A DNA stretch of 64,000 nt, taken from positions 7,254,001 to 7,318,000 of the forward strand of contig OX597824.1 of the NCBI GenBank assembly GCA_951406725.2, written 5' to 3'. The notes beneath the pieces were generated by a model. The model did no database searches. It worked only from the letters and a program-made list of their open reading frames with translations, and was not told where the DNA came from. Position numbers and translations under genes: made by a program. The stretch's first letter is position 1. Each line of letters opens with the position of its first letter. Origin of the DNA: Octopus vulgaris. Lineage: Eukaryota. Of the stretch, positions 37,869 to 50,905 are shown one piece after another.

Positions 37869-39140
37869 TCTTTTTTTTATTCTCTTACTTGTTTCAGTCA
37901 TTTGACTGTGGCCATGCAGGAGCACCATCTTTAGTCAAACAAATCAACCCCAGGACTTATTCTTTGAAAGCCTAGTACCTATTATATTTGTCTTTTTTGT
38001 TGAACTGCTACGTAAGGAAACACAAACACACCAACATCAGTTGTCAAGCGTTGGTGGAGGGACAAATAGTCACACACGCACACACAAATATATACATACA
38101 TATATATATATATCATCATCATCATCACCATCGTTTAACGTCTGCTCTCCATGCTAGCATGGGTTGGATGATTTTGACTGAGGGCTGGCGAACCAGATGG
38201 CTGCACCAGGCTCCAATCTTGATTTGCCAGAGTTTCTACAGCTGGATGCCCTTCCTAACGCCAACCACTCCAAGAGTGTAGTGGGTGCTTTTTACGTGCC
38301 ACCGGCACGTAAATATATACATATATATATACTAGAGTAAGCACGTAAATTTGAAACAAGGTGGAAAAATAAGTAGAGTAATATGCTTTCTTAAGAGCAG
38401 CAGAAATATCACAAAAACTGTTACTCAGTTTCACATTCCCATTCGTCAGAACCCTAACCCTAGCCAGATGTATTTAGAATCTGTGCTTTGATTTAAGGTT
38501 TTCTTCGATTATACAAGAGGAATTTATACTGAATTTATTTTGATCGCTGCATATATATATATATATACACACACATGATTTACACAACACATCTCTGTTT
38601 CAAATCTACTCTCAAGATTTTGGTTGGCTTGGTGCTACAGTAAAAGACCCCTGCCCAGGGTACTACGTACCAGGCATGGGCTTGAAACCACATTGCCAAG
38701 AAACAAACTTCTGAACCACCACAGTCATAACCTTGCAAACCGATGCATTAATTATGACATCCAAATTATTCCAAATCTGTTTTCAATCAACTTGAACGGT
38801 TCTTATTTTCTCAGACACAAACAATAATCAAGTTACCATTATTTATGCCATTTTTCGTTAATTACATTATTCAAGGATTTTTCTCACATCTGCTTTGATT
38901 GCTACTCTTGCCCCCAGCACAACCTCAATCCACCCCCAGTCCCCCCCATACAACCAGTAACATCTGTCCACTCTATTTACTTTATCTATAAGTTTTTTTT
39001 TTCTTTATGATGTAAATGCCAAATAAAGTAGCAACAAAGTGAACCATGGGCTGATGGAGCCTCTACCAGACCATGCAGATTGCTAGAAATGACCAACAAA
39101 TCACCTTCAAATCATACCCTACTCTCCTCCTCCTCCCCCT

Positions 39141-39416
39141 CATCATCATCGTTTAATGTCCGCTTTCCATGCTAGCATGGGTTGGACGGTTCAACCGGGG
39201 TCTGGGAAGCCAGGAGGCTGCACCAGGTTCCAGTCTGATCTGGCAGTGTTTCTACAGCTGGATGCACTTCCTAACGCCAACCACTTCGTGAGTATAGTGG
39301 GTGCTTTTTACGTGCCACCGGCACAGGTGCCAGGGGAGGCTGGCAGCAGCCACAATCAGTTGGTGCTTTTTATGTGCCACCGGCACAGAAGCCAGTCAAG
39401 GCGGCGCTGGCATCAT
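39141..39416 (-). mobile_element. SINE-like family B
   Basis: Same subfamily as 37064-37350. Confidence 0.88.
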
Positions 39417-39975
39417 CTCTTAACAAAAAAATACACACTCATATAATATGGTCAGTGATATATTCTTAGATCAACAAAAAGATGGGATGGGATGGTCATG
39501 GCTGGAATGCTTTTGAGTATAGGACCAGCTCAATCAAGGCAGATCATGGGAGCTAAATGATAATGAGAACAACTGGGAGAATCAGCTCCGAATCAGCTGA
39601 CACTGGGGAAATATTGATGGGAATTAGAAATTTTATGAAAATGTAAATTCTCCGAGATATGAACAGATTTGTAATTGACAAATACAGCAAATGGAAAAAG
39701 AAGAAATACCATTTTGCTTTAACGAGAGAAATAAGTGCAATTTACGATGGAGTTAATAGAGGTGGAATTAATAAATAAAGCATTTGAACTGACTTTGAAC
39801 AGCAGCATATGCGATAGTAATTCGTTTCAATATATGACCATATGTTGCTGGTCACAATTTGCAATGTGTACAAATAGATGCAGGCATGGCTGCGTGGTAA
39901 GAAGCTCCATCATCACCATCATCATCATCTTTTAACGTATCTTTGTCCATGCTGACATGGGTTGGATGGTTTGAA

Positions 39976-40182
39976 AGGCGGCGAGCTGGCAGGCGAAATG
40001 CTCAGCGGTATTTCGTTTGCCATTACGTTCTGAGTTCAAATTCTGCCGAGGTCGACTTTGCCTTTTGTCCTTTCGGGGTCGATAAATTAAGTACCAGTTA
40101 CGCACTGGGGTCGATATAATTGACTTAATCCGTTTGCCTGTCCTCTCTGTGTTTAGCCCCTTGTGGGTAGTGAAGAAATAGG
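39976..40182 (+). mobile_element. SINE family C nested in a family B copy (39909-40460, minus)
   Basis: GGTTTGA duplicated at 39968 and 40181; family B sequence resumes after it. Confidence 0.88.
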
Positions 40183-40839
40183 TTTGACCAGGGCTGGAAA
40201 GCTGCAAGGCTGCACCAGACTCCAGTCTGATTTGGCATGGTTTTCTACTGCTGGATGTCCTTTCTTACATCAACCACTCCAAGAGTGTAATGGGTGCTTT
40301 TACATACCACTGGCACGGGTGCCATTTGTGTGACACCAATATCTGCCATGACTACAGTTTTACCTGGCTTGATGGGTTTTCTTCTCAAGCACAAAATAAT
40401 GCCAAAGGTCTCAGTCATTGCCTATGTGAGACCCAACACACAAAAGGAGCTCAGCCACTTTACCTCCATGAGGCCCAACACTCAAAAGGTGCCTTCTTTC
40501 AGTTTCTGTCTACCAAATTCACTCACAAATCTTTGGTCGGCCCGAGGCTATAGTAGAAGACACTTGCCCAAGGTGCCACGTAGTGAGACTGAACCCAGAA
40601 CCATGTGGTTGGTAAGCACGCTACTTACCACACAGCCACTCTTCATACCAGTTATGTCATATGCACATCCGGTTGATCTAACCAGATACATATACATGCA
40701 GGTGTGTGTATGTGGTGGTGGTAGGGCTGTTGTGTGTTTGTGTATGTGTATAGATAGATAGGTGTGTGTAAGTGTGTGTGGAAGCCTGGTTTGTTTGAAC
40801 AGCAAAGACCAAACATAAACAGTTTATATATTTTTTTTT

Positions 40840-41182
40840 TTCTTTTATTTGTTTCAGTCATTTGACTGCGGCCATGTTGGAGCACCGATTTTAGTCGAGC
40901 ACATCGACCCCAGGGCTTATTCTTTGTAAGCCTAGTACTTATTCTATACACACCAGCATCGGTTGTCAAGCGATGTTGGGGGGGACAAACACTGACAAAC
41001 AAACATATACATACATACACACACACACATATATATATACACGACGGACTTTCAGTTTCTGTCTATGAAATCCACTCACAACGTTTTGGTCGGTCCGAGG
41101 CTATAGTGGAAGACACTTGCCCAAGGTGCCACGCAGTGGGACTGAACCCGGAACCATGTGGTTGGTAAACAAGCTACTTACC
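40840..41182 (-). mobile_element. SINE family A
   Basis: Reverse-complement match with a small internal deletion. Confidence 0.9.
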
Positions 41183-41469
41183 ACACAGCTACTGCTGCGC
41201 CTGTTTATATTTACAAAACTAACAAAACAATCACATTTGACTAAATTCAGAACACAATCTTAGAAGACTGACAGCTGCTCAATAATTTAACAGCCAATTC
41301 TATCTGGAAGCTACTTAACATTGTCCAGTCCCAGCTTGGGAACCTGTCAAGCACAGCTTAGTTTAACTCTTAAGTATTTAATATACGACAGAGCCTTGAT
41401 TCTCAAACTGACAAATACCAGACACCTCAACATGATATTAATGTCCTTTCAATTCTCCTCCACTATAGC

Positions 41470-41697
41470 AATCCTTTCTAATGTAGGCACAAGGCCTAAA
41501 ATTTGGGTGGAGGGTGTTAGTGGATTACACTGGCCCCTGTGCTCAACTGATACTTATTTAATTGACCCCGAAAGGGTGAAAGGCAAAGTCGACCTTCAGT
41601 GGAATTTGAACTCAGGAACTCAGGACATAAAGATGGATGAAATTCTGCAAAGCATTTAGTCCGGCATCCTAACACCTCTGCCAGGTCGTCACTCCCC
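41470..41697 (-). mobile_element. SINE family C, older subfamily
   Basis: AGGCACAAGGCCT...GACCCCGAAAGGGTGAAAGGCAAAGTCGACC...GGAATTTGAACTCAG. Confidence 0.8.
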
Positions 41698-41829
41698 ACC
41701 CACTATATTTGAGAAGCAAAGAGAGAGTTCCTGTTCACAAGATTCTTCTTTCTCTTCCATGGCAGTCCACCATGGAATTACAAAAGTACATAACTTAACC
41801 AAAAGTAAAATATACACAGCAGGTTAATA

Positions 41830-42320
41830 ACATTATTTACATTTGATGGATATTTGTCCTCATCTTGTTTGTTGTTAACACGTTTCGGCTGATATACTCT
41901 CCAGCCTTCATCAGGTGTCTTGGGAAAATTTCGAACCTGTGTTCTCATTCCTAAGGTATTTTTCAATGTTGTTGTTGTTGCTATTATTATTATTATTATT
42001 GTTGTTGTTGTTGTTATTATTATTATTCAGGTCACTGCCTGGAATCGAACTTGAAATCTTGGGGTTAGTAGCCCGCACACTTAACCACTATGCCATATAC
42101 CCTGAATAATAATAATAATAATAATAACAACAACAACATCATCATCGAGAAATACCTTAGGAATGAGAAGTCAGGTTCGAAATTCCCCCCCAGAACACCT
42201 GATGAAAGCTGGAGGGTATATCAGCCGAAAGGTTGTGTTAACAACAAACAAGATGAGGACAAATATCTATCAAATGTAAATAATGTACATAATTCCTTGT
42301 CTCTTAAATACAGAACTGTA
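41830..42320. mobile_element. tRNA-head/hammerhead palindromic element, copy 2 (right-hand head deleted)
   Basis: Inverted hammerhead tails at ~41877-41919 (-) and 42194-42239 (+); one tRNA-like head on the minus strand at ~42025-42098. Confidence 0.85.
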
Positions 42321-42794
42321 TTAAAATTCTTCTTGTGTTTCACAACATAAATTAGTGTTTTTCCTTCATTCTTTTTTTGTCTTTTAGAATATTATAAATC
42401 ATGGGCAAACAGAAAAAAACCTCTTAATTCATTACTTTATTAGGTCAATACAATAAATATCTGATTTCTTTGAAAGACAATACTTTATAAGGAGGATGGT
42501 GAGTATTTGATTGCTTGTTTCTGAAGAACCTATATAGCAATCTGGCTGGGGAGGAGGTTGCTTGGCAACGTCATCGTTTTGGACTTGGTCCCACATACAA
42601 GCACAAACACACACATACACACACACATCATCATCATCTTCATTGTTGCCGTTTAACGTCCACTTTCCATGCTGGCATGGGTTGGACGGTTTGACTGAGG
42701 ACTGGCAAACCAGAAGGCTGTGCCAGGCTCCAATCTGATCAGGCAAAGTTTCTACAGCTGGATGCCCTTCCTAACGCCAACCACTCCAATATAT

Positions 42795-42950
<156 letters not shown>

Positions 42951-43490
42951 ATATTGTTGCCACTTCATGTAGAAACCTAGGTGTGTGGGGGTCAAACAAT
43001 GGTTTAATCTTTGGAGCCATTTATTTTCTACTCATATGTTAAGATGTGTATATGTGCCGTGTACACTTGCTGTATACTTATATGTACATGTGGCACACAT
43101 ACACATCATAAGTAGAATATAAATGCTTCCAAAGATTAAACCATTGTTCATCTTTATTGTCACAGTGGTGATTGTGAATCTGCCCAGCTAGGTTTCTACA
43201 CAAAGCGGCAACAGTAGAAAAAAAAACTCTGTCAACACCACCACGGAAGCAGCAAAATTAGTCACACCGATACAAAGCCACACTCACAGCAACACGAAAC
43301 AACCAAAAAACATTCAGGGATGACAGCCTTCTTCCAAGACATGGACAGACACAAAAAGACATGACCAGCTGGTCAGAAGACAAAACAACATCCGTCCCAG
43401 ATACAAACCAGAAGTGACCCACCCACGACAAGCCAAGACCAAACAATAACATAACAGCAAACTTATCGGTGGAGATAACATACATACCTA

Positions 43491-43715
43491 TACTCTCTTT
43501 ACTCTTTTACTTATTTCAGTCATTTGACTGTGGCCATGCTGGAGCACCACCTTTAATCGAGCAACTCAACCCTGGGACTTATTCTTTTGTAAGCCCAGTA
43601 CTTATTCTATCGGTCTCTTTTGCCGAACCACTAACTAACGGGGACATAAACACACCAGCACCGGTTGTCAAGCAATGCTAGGGGGACAAACACAGACACA
43701 CAAACACACACATGC

Positions 43716-43762
<47 letters not shown>

Positions 43763-43929
43763 TACAACGGGCTTCTTTTCAGTTTCCGTCTACCAAATCC
43801 ACTCACAAGGCTTTGGTTGGCCCGAGGCTATAGTAGAAGACACTTGCCCAAGGTGCCACGCAGTGGGACTGAACCCAGAACCATGTGGTTGGTAAACAAG
43901 CTACTTACCACACAGCCACTCCTGCGCCT
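43491..43929 (-). mobile_element. SINE family A, full length
   Basis: Reverse-complement match to 17956-18432. Confidence 0.92.
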
Positions 43930-44266
43930 ATTATTTAGATTCAAATTTAGATTCAAATGAATATGGTACTTAAGTTAGATGCACCAGAATTTTGTATGGT
44001 GTTATCCATGTAAATCTATGGGGTGATTATAATAAAACTAAGCAACGTTTCATGCTACATCATTTTATTAAATATTGTAAGTATTACAACAGTTTTAAAA
44101 TGTTGAACAATCATCAGCCATTTATAGAGGTTTTCCATTAATACATAATTTTCATATTAATTGATAACATTATAGAGAAGGTAGATATAGAGACAAAGAT
44201 GTCGATTTAAATTTTAAGAACATTAAGGTAGTAGAGTTTATCTTCTGACTGAAGAATATTCTTTAA

Positions 44267-44487
44267 CCCTTTCGTTACCAACCCGCCTGAAACCGGCTCT
44301 GGCTCTGAGTACGAATTGTCTTGTTTTCACAAGTTTTGAATTGAAATCTTTCACCAAACCTTAGTCACAATTTATGTTCCTAACACTAGTATAATGATAA
44401 CTAAATTATTTTACTAAATTCTTTGTTATATTTAAAGTAATTGAAACAAACATAGAGCATCTCAAAATAAATACAGTAACGAAAGGG
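44267..44487. mobile_element. piggyBac-like MITE, same family
   Basis: TTAA|CCCTTTCGTTAC...GTAACGAAAGGG|TTAA, perfect 12-bp TIR. Confidence 0.92.
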
Positions 44488-44547
44488 TTAAATTATTTTG
44501 AACTGCTAGAAGGTTGGGAAGTATAATATTATTATAATCTGATAATA

Positions 44548-44576
44548 ATGACGACTACGATGACGATGATGAAGAC

Positions 44577-44617
<41 letters not shown>

Positions 44618-44693
44618 CGACGATGATGACAATGATGACGATGATGATGATGATGACGACGATGATGATGATGACAACGACGACAACAACAAC

Positions 44694-44723
<30 letters not shown>
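44548..44723. repeat. (GAT/GAC)n microsatellite
   Basis: Direct observation. Confidence 0.97.
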
Positions 44724-44724
<1 letters not shown>

Positions 44725-45739
44725 AGACTCCTCTTTAGAGATGAGCCAGTTTCCCTTCTGTAGGCATATTTACATAGTTTCCGTCACTTTGATCTCCGAT
44801 TGCCAATCAGGTGTCTCATTCTTGTAGACATACAGAGTAAATATATCCACCAACGAGACACCCACATTCCCACCAGGATTATTCGTATCTGAACTAACGG
44901 CTCAACCACTCTTTATCTCCCACCCTACTACTGACGCCTGTGGTAAATTTTACAAATAATGTCCTCATACCAAGATAAACTGAAATCAATGACGCCGCTC
45001 CAGAAAACAAAGAATATAGATCAGCCATTGTAAGAATTAATATGAAGACCTCTTCATATTAATACGTATGTCTAAGTATAAACGGGTTAGCATGTGCATG
45101 ATTATATATTTGCTCAATCTAATCTGTCAACATCGCAAAACAATTCTAAAATCAATTTGCTTTAATAAAGAACCTAAAACATCCAGTAATTGAACAGATG
45201 TCTAATATCTACAGGTACAATTTAAAACTAAGAAAACAAATAAAGACAAAAAAAAAAGCTGACAAAACAAAACAAAGCTAAGCAAACTTTGCTTTCTTCT
45301 TTTCGTTTTACACCACATTTCCAAGAAGCCAACCAAATGGAATCATCTTGCTTGGTAATCAATTTTTCATTTAAGTAATAATTAGAAACTCCAATAATTC
45401 ATCAGAAAACTACAGGTAATATTTTCATGTGACATAGAGATATAACTCTCTTCAATAGACATTGGCTCAACGTATCATGAAGACAGATTTTTGTTTGTTT
45501 TTGTTTCTTGGTGTTTTCTTGTTAGTATTTTTTTTATTGTTTTCGTTGTATAATTATTGTATATCAGATGCTAATAATATTAAGTATATATCACAAAATA
45601 CAGCTTGTGCGTATTTTAAAATGTATTAAATTCTAAATAACGAATTTTAAATGATGACGAAGCACATTGTCGTCATCATAGTCAGGTGATGATGACGATG
45701 ATGACGACAACGTGCTTTCTTTCTTAAAATAATTATATT

Positions 45740-46128
45740 ATTCTTTTATCGTTTCAGTCTTTTGACTGCGGCTATGCTGGAGCACCGCCTTTTGTCGAAC
45801 AAATCGACCCCCAGGTCTTACTCTTTGTAAGCCTAGTATTTATTGTATCAGCCTCTTTTGCCACACCGCTAAGTTACAGAGACATAGACAAACAAACATC
45901 GGTTGCCAAGTGATGGTGTGGGGACAAACACAGACACACAAACATACACACACACGCACACACACACAATGGGCTTCTTTCAGTTTCTGTCAACCAAATC
46001 CACTCACAAGGCTTTGGTCAGCCAGAGGCTATAGCAGAAGGCACTTGCCCAAGGTGCCATGTGGTAGGACTGAACCCGGAGCCATGTGGTTGGTAAACAA
46101 GCTATTTACCACAGCCACTCCTGCACCT
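45740..46128 (-). mobile_element. SINE family A, full length
   Basis: Reverse-complement match to 17956-18432. Confidence 0.88.
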
Positions 46129-46160
46129 ACAGAGATATATATATAATTATTAATCTAATA

Positions 46161-46207
<47 letters not shown>

Positions 46208-46616
46208 ACATATATATATATATATATATACATATATAGATATAGATATATGTATTTAAGCTGAGCCTCTCCCTTAAAAGAGATAAAACAAAAGAAAAGA
46301 AAGAAGTATTTTTAAATGTGTTTTTTTTAAATCCCATCAGAATTTGTAAATTTAATATCTCTTCATTAATTGTAATATCGAGGTGTCATGAGCTGAGATT
46401 TCAGACTGTAAAATATCTCATTTTATTTTTCAGGGTTGTTCTATTGAGACACAATTTATACTGAGCAGAATTTAAACTCTGGTGGATTCAAATTATAACA
46501 AAATGAATTCAAACAGGATAAAAAAAAAAACATCATTTCATTAATATTTGTAACGAACTCCTTGAATATCGCTTTCATAAATAAAGTATGACTATACACA
46601 CAGGATATATAAAAAG

Positions 46617-46640
46617 AATAATAATAATAATAATAATAAT

Positions 46641-46683
<43 letters not shown>

Positions 46684-46812
46684 TTAATAATAATAATAAT
46701 ATTGATAATAATAATGATAAAGATAATGATAATAATAATAATAATAATGATAAAGATAATGATAATAATAATGATGATAAAGATAATGATAATAATAATA
46801 ATGATGATGATG

Positions 46813-46885
<73 letters not shown>

Positions 46886-46896
46886 TAAAGATAATG

Positions 46897-46930
<34 letters not shown>

Positions 46931-46967
46931 GGATAATAATAATAATGATGATAGTAATAATAATAAC

Positions 46968-47023
<56 letters not shown>

Positions 47024-47088
47024 TGATGATAATAATAATAATGTTAATAATAGTAATAGTAGTAATAATAATAATAATAATAATAATA

Positions 47089-47123
<35 letters not shown>

Positions 47124-47226
47124 AATAATAATGTTAATAATAATAATAGTAGTAATAATAATAATAATAATAATAATGATGGTGATGATGATGATAATAA
47201 TAATAATGTTAATAATAATAATAGTA

Positions 47227-47291
<65 letters not shown>

Positions 47292-47433
47292 AATAATGTT
47301 AATAATAATAATAATAATAATAATGATGATGATGATGATGATGATAATAATAATAATGTTAATAATAATAATAATAATAATAGTAATAATAATAATAATA
47401 ATAATAATGATGATGATGATGATAATAATAATG

Positions 47434-47467
<34 letters not shown>

Positions 47468-47487
47468 TGATGATGATAATAATAATG

Positions 47488-47523
<36 letters not shown>

Positions 47524-47553
47524 GTAATAATAATAATAGTAATAATAATAGTA

Positions 47554-47610
<57 letters not shown>

Positions 47611-47615
47611 GTAAA
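46617..47615. repeat. About 1-kb compound (AAT/GAT/AGT)n microsatellite
   Basis: Direct observation. Confidence 0.98.
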
Positions 47616-49361
47616 TGATAATCAACAATTTAATTGAATGTGTTCTTCCTTATTTTCAGAATTGATTTATTTTCAATTATATGAAAATTTTGCTTTTTGC
47701 TTTCCTTATTTAAGTACATCGATGCAATGCTAAAAGAAATATTTATAATCAGCAACATTAACGATTATTTCAGTTCCTGCTATAGAATATGTGAATATGC
47801 TCGGCTATTCACTTTCACATTACTGAAACTGTAAAACAAAACAAAAAAAACAAACAAGCAAAAATATGATAAACCTACCAAAATCTAATTTAGATTAAAT
47901 TTCTAAATATTTAGTTTATCATTCCACACATTATTAACCCCTTTATCCAAAAGTACTGCCATTTATTTGTAATAATTTGAAGGTTAAAAAGTACATAGGG
48001 ACTTCCGGTTTCAACAAAGAAATTCGATATTTCATTGTATGTACTATTATAATTTTTCAAACACGAACTCACACACACATACACATATATATACATACAT
48101 ATACTACACACTCACATATATATATATATACACTCATAAACACACACACCATATTGAACATGCGTTCGTAAACCTCCATTTATGATGCAAAATAATGAAC
48201 TGACAGAAATCAAATTATCCCTCTCCCGTAAGCAAATAATATAAAAAGACGATTAAATACATTATGAATCCCTCACCACCACATGGATAATCACATGAAT
48301 AATCACATGGTTTAATCCCACCAACAAAGCTCAATCAATAAACATTTTCCTCTGGATCACAGTTATAAGAGTTTTATGATAATAACTTAAAACTAAGTTA
48401 TTGTATATCAAAAAAAAAAACATGTCAAATACAGCTACAAGTGATCCAGCAAAAACAAGCAGAGATAAATCGCTCATGCAAAAACAAAGGATGCATTCCT
48501 GCCCAACCAGTCATGCAATGCTGAGGTCTATGTAGCAGAGGTCATCTCCACAAACAAACCTAGATACTAGAGCATACAGCGGGTAGAGTGGAGAGTAAAT
48601 TCAAATCTCATCTTTACAATCATACCTCTTTCAGAAGCACAGAAAAGAGCAATGCCACCAAACTATCCAACTAAATTTGGAAATTGAAAGAATGCAATAC
48701 TAAATTCAAAGTTCCCTTACAAATTCTAGAATAATGTAAGGCATATGAATAGGACAAGAACATGCAGGTTATGCAAGTCTGAGAACATTTTTTACCCTAA
48801 GGAATCATGAAAAAATGTCACAACTATTTTAATGTCATATCTGTGATTATCAATAAATGCAGGCACCAAAAGGTTCCTTTTAGCATCTTGGAAAAACATA
48901 AGACCCCTGATTTAGTGGATTTAGCATAAAGTGACAGATATGGAAACACACACATATAGAGACACGCAGAATTTACTTAAAAACTTCTCAGTGAAGCAAC
49001 GAAGTTCATAAATATGTGAAAAGCTACAAACACCAGGTTAAACAGATTTATACTACTGTGGCACATCATGAAACCTAAGATATACATACACAATATATTT
49101 TAGTCTTGTTACAGAATTTGACAGATTCAGTACGAACTGAGATATATAATCTAAGAGAATCAACCATCCTCAAGTAAGCTAGAAGTTATGCACTATATTT
49201 CATATGCAAGTGCAGCTGCAAGTTGACATTATAGTATCATAGTAATACAGGGATATTGCCTTGTTGCTCATTTGCTAATCACTACAGCAAGAATCTTCTA
49301 CCCTGGGTATGAAACTTTAAGTAATGCAAGAATAAGCTGACCACAACACAATAACTAAATA

Positions 49362-49779
49362 TCATTACCAGCGACGCCTTACTGGCACTTGAGCCCCGTG
49401 CTAGTAGGGTGCCAAGAGCACCATCTGAGCATGATCGTTGCCAGAGCAGGCAACTGGCTTCCATGCCGGTGGTACATAAAAGGCACCATTCGAGCGTGAT
49501 CGTTACCAGCGTCGCCTTATAGGCACCTGTGCCGGTGGCATGTGTAAGAAGATTTGAGCCAGGTCGTTGCCAGTACCGCCTGACTGGCCCCCGTGCCAGT
49601 GGCACATAAAAGCACCCACTACACTCATGGAATGGTTGGTGTTAAGAAGGGCATCCAGCTGTAGAAACTCTGCCAGATCAAGATTGGAGCCTGGTGCAGC
49701 CATTTGGTTCGCCAGTCCTCAGTCAAGTCGTCCAACCCATGCTAGCATGGAAAGTGGACGTTAAACAATGATGATGATC
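49362..49779 (+). mobile_element. SINE-like family B, long
   Basis: Four modules plus the conserved 3' end. Confidence 0.9.
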
Positions 49780-50072
49780 ATCACCATCCCCAGGTATTGC
49801 CAAGTCATTCTTTCAGGGTATTAGCTTACAATTAAGTTAAAGCAACGATTACCTTAATTAAAATTACTCAAATATTTCCATTCTCCAGCACAACAGAAAC
49901 ACAAAGGACGTTGAATTTTGTTCTACCTTTTCAGATATGAAATGGAACCCAAGGACAATAAACCAACTAAGGAAGCTCTAGATGGTCACTCAGCCGGATG
50001 GTAATTACCAAATCTTCATCAAATCACACACTGTTGTCTTAAACAAGATACACTGGATAAGGTAGTCTAGGG

Positions 50073-50411
50073 CAATGCTACTCAAAGTGATGGTCAGTGG
50101 ACTGGCACCAGTCTGCAAGCCATCAGCTGCCGGTACGCAGCCAGTTTCCAGAAAAGAAAGAAACATTATAAAATGCTTATGTAATATTGTATTAATTATT
50201 CACAAAATAAATATAAGATAAAAAATTATCAACTTTTATTATGGCGGTGCCCCAGCATGGCCACAGCTCATTAGCTGAAACTGGAAAAATCAAAATCAAA
50301 ATCATATATTGTTTCCAATATGAATTAATATTCCTAAGAAATATTACCGGTCCCTGGAACATTGGAAAAATAATTGCCAGTATACCACTTCAGATAGTTT
50401 GAGAAGCACTG
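50073..50411. mobile_element. hAT (Charlie-like) MITE carrying a nested short SINE-tail fragment (~50240-50303)
   Basis: TIRs CAATGCTACTCAAAGT / AGTTTGAGAAGCACTG; perfect 8-bp TSD GTCTAGGG. Confidence 0.9.
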
Positions 50412-50531
50412 GTCTAGGGTACATTATGCCTCAAAAAAACTACAGTATAGCAACAGCTAGAGCATCATTGATCATAATTCTGCTCAATAGAGGCCCAGCA
50501 TGAGGTTAAATAATGATACAAAGACAAATAA

Positions 50532-50905
50532 ATTCTGTTGTGTCTGGGGAGAGTCATTTTCTTTTTGTGCCTTATAATGTAACACACTCACTGGTAAAAT
50601 TTCCACTTATTTCTTTTTATTTTCCTAAAATTTTCGTTGCATCTTGCAACCTTTTCAATAGTCAAGAATATTGAAAAGGTTGCAAGACGCATCGAAAATT
50701 TTAGTAAAATAAAAATGCAAGATGCAACGAAAATTTTAGGAAAATAAAAATAAGAAAAAAGTGGAAATTTTACCGGCAAGTGTGTTACACATTATAAGGC
50801 ACACAAAAAAAAAATTACTCTCCCCAGACACAACAGAATATGCTTCAACACACGAACTCATATAAAGAATCTTGCAAACCAAATCCAAAAACGAAAGTTA
50901 AATAA
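50532..50905. mobile_element. Foldback element, probably an inverted Penelope pseudo-LTR pair
   Basis: Arms of about 130 bp, TTCTGTTGTGTCTGGGGAGAGT... / ...ACTCTCCCCAGACACAACAGAA, around a short loop at ~50661-50668. Confidence 0.7.

Noticed and set aside
44768-44900. GC-richer 44-codon open frame on the minus strand (AVSSDTNNPGGNVGVSLVDIF...)
   Set aside because: No polypyrimidine acceptor and no good donor
46588-47637. 349-aa Ile/Met ORF
   Set aside because: Translation of an (AAT/GAT)n microsatellite
48420-49240. A-rich block suggestive of an old LINE ORF
   Set aside because: Stops in all frames and no diagnostic motif recoverable by eye
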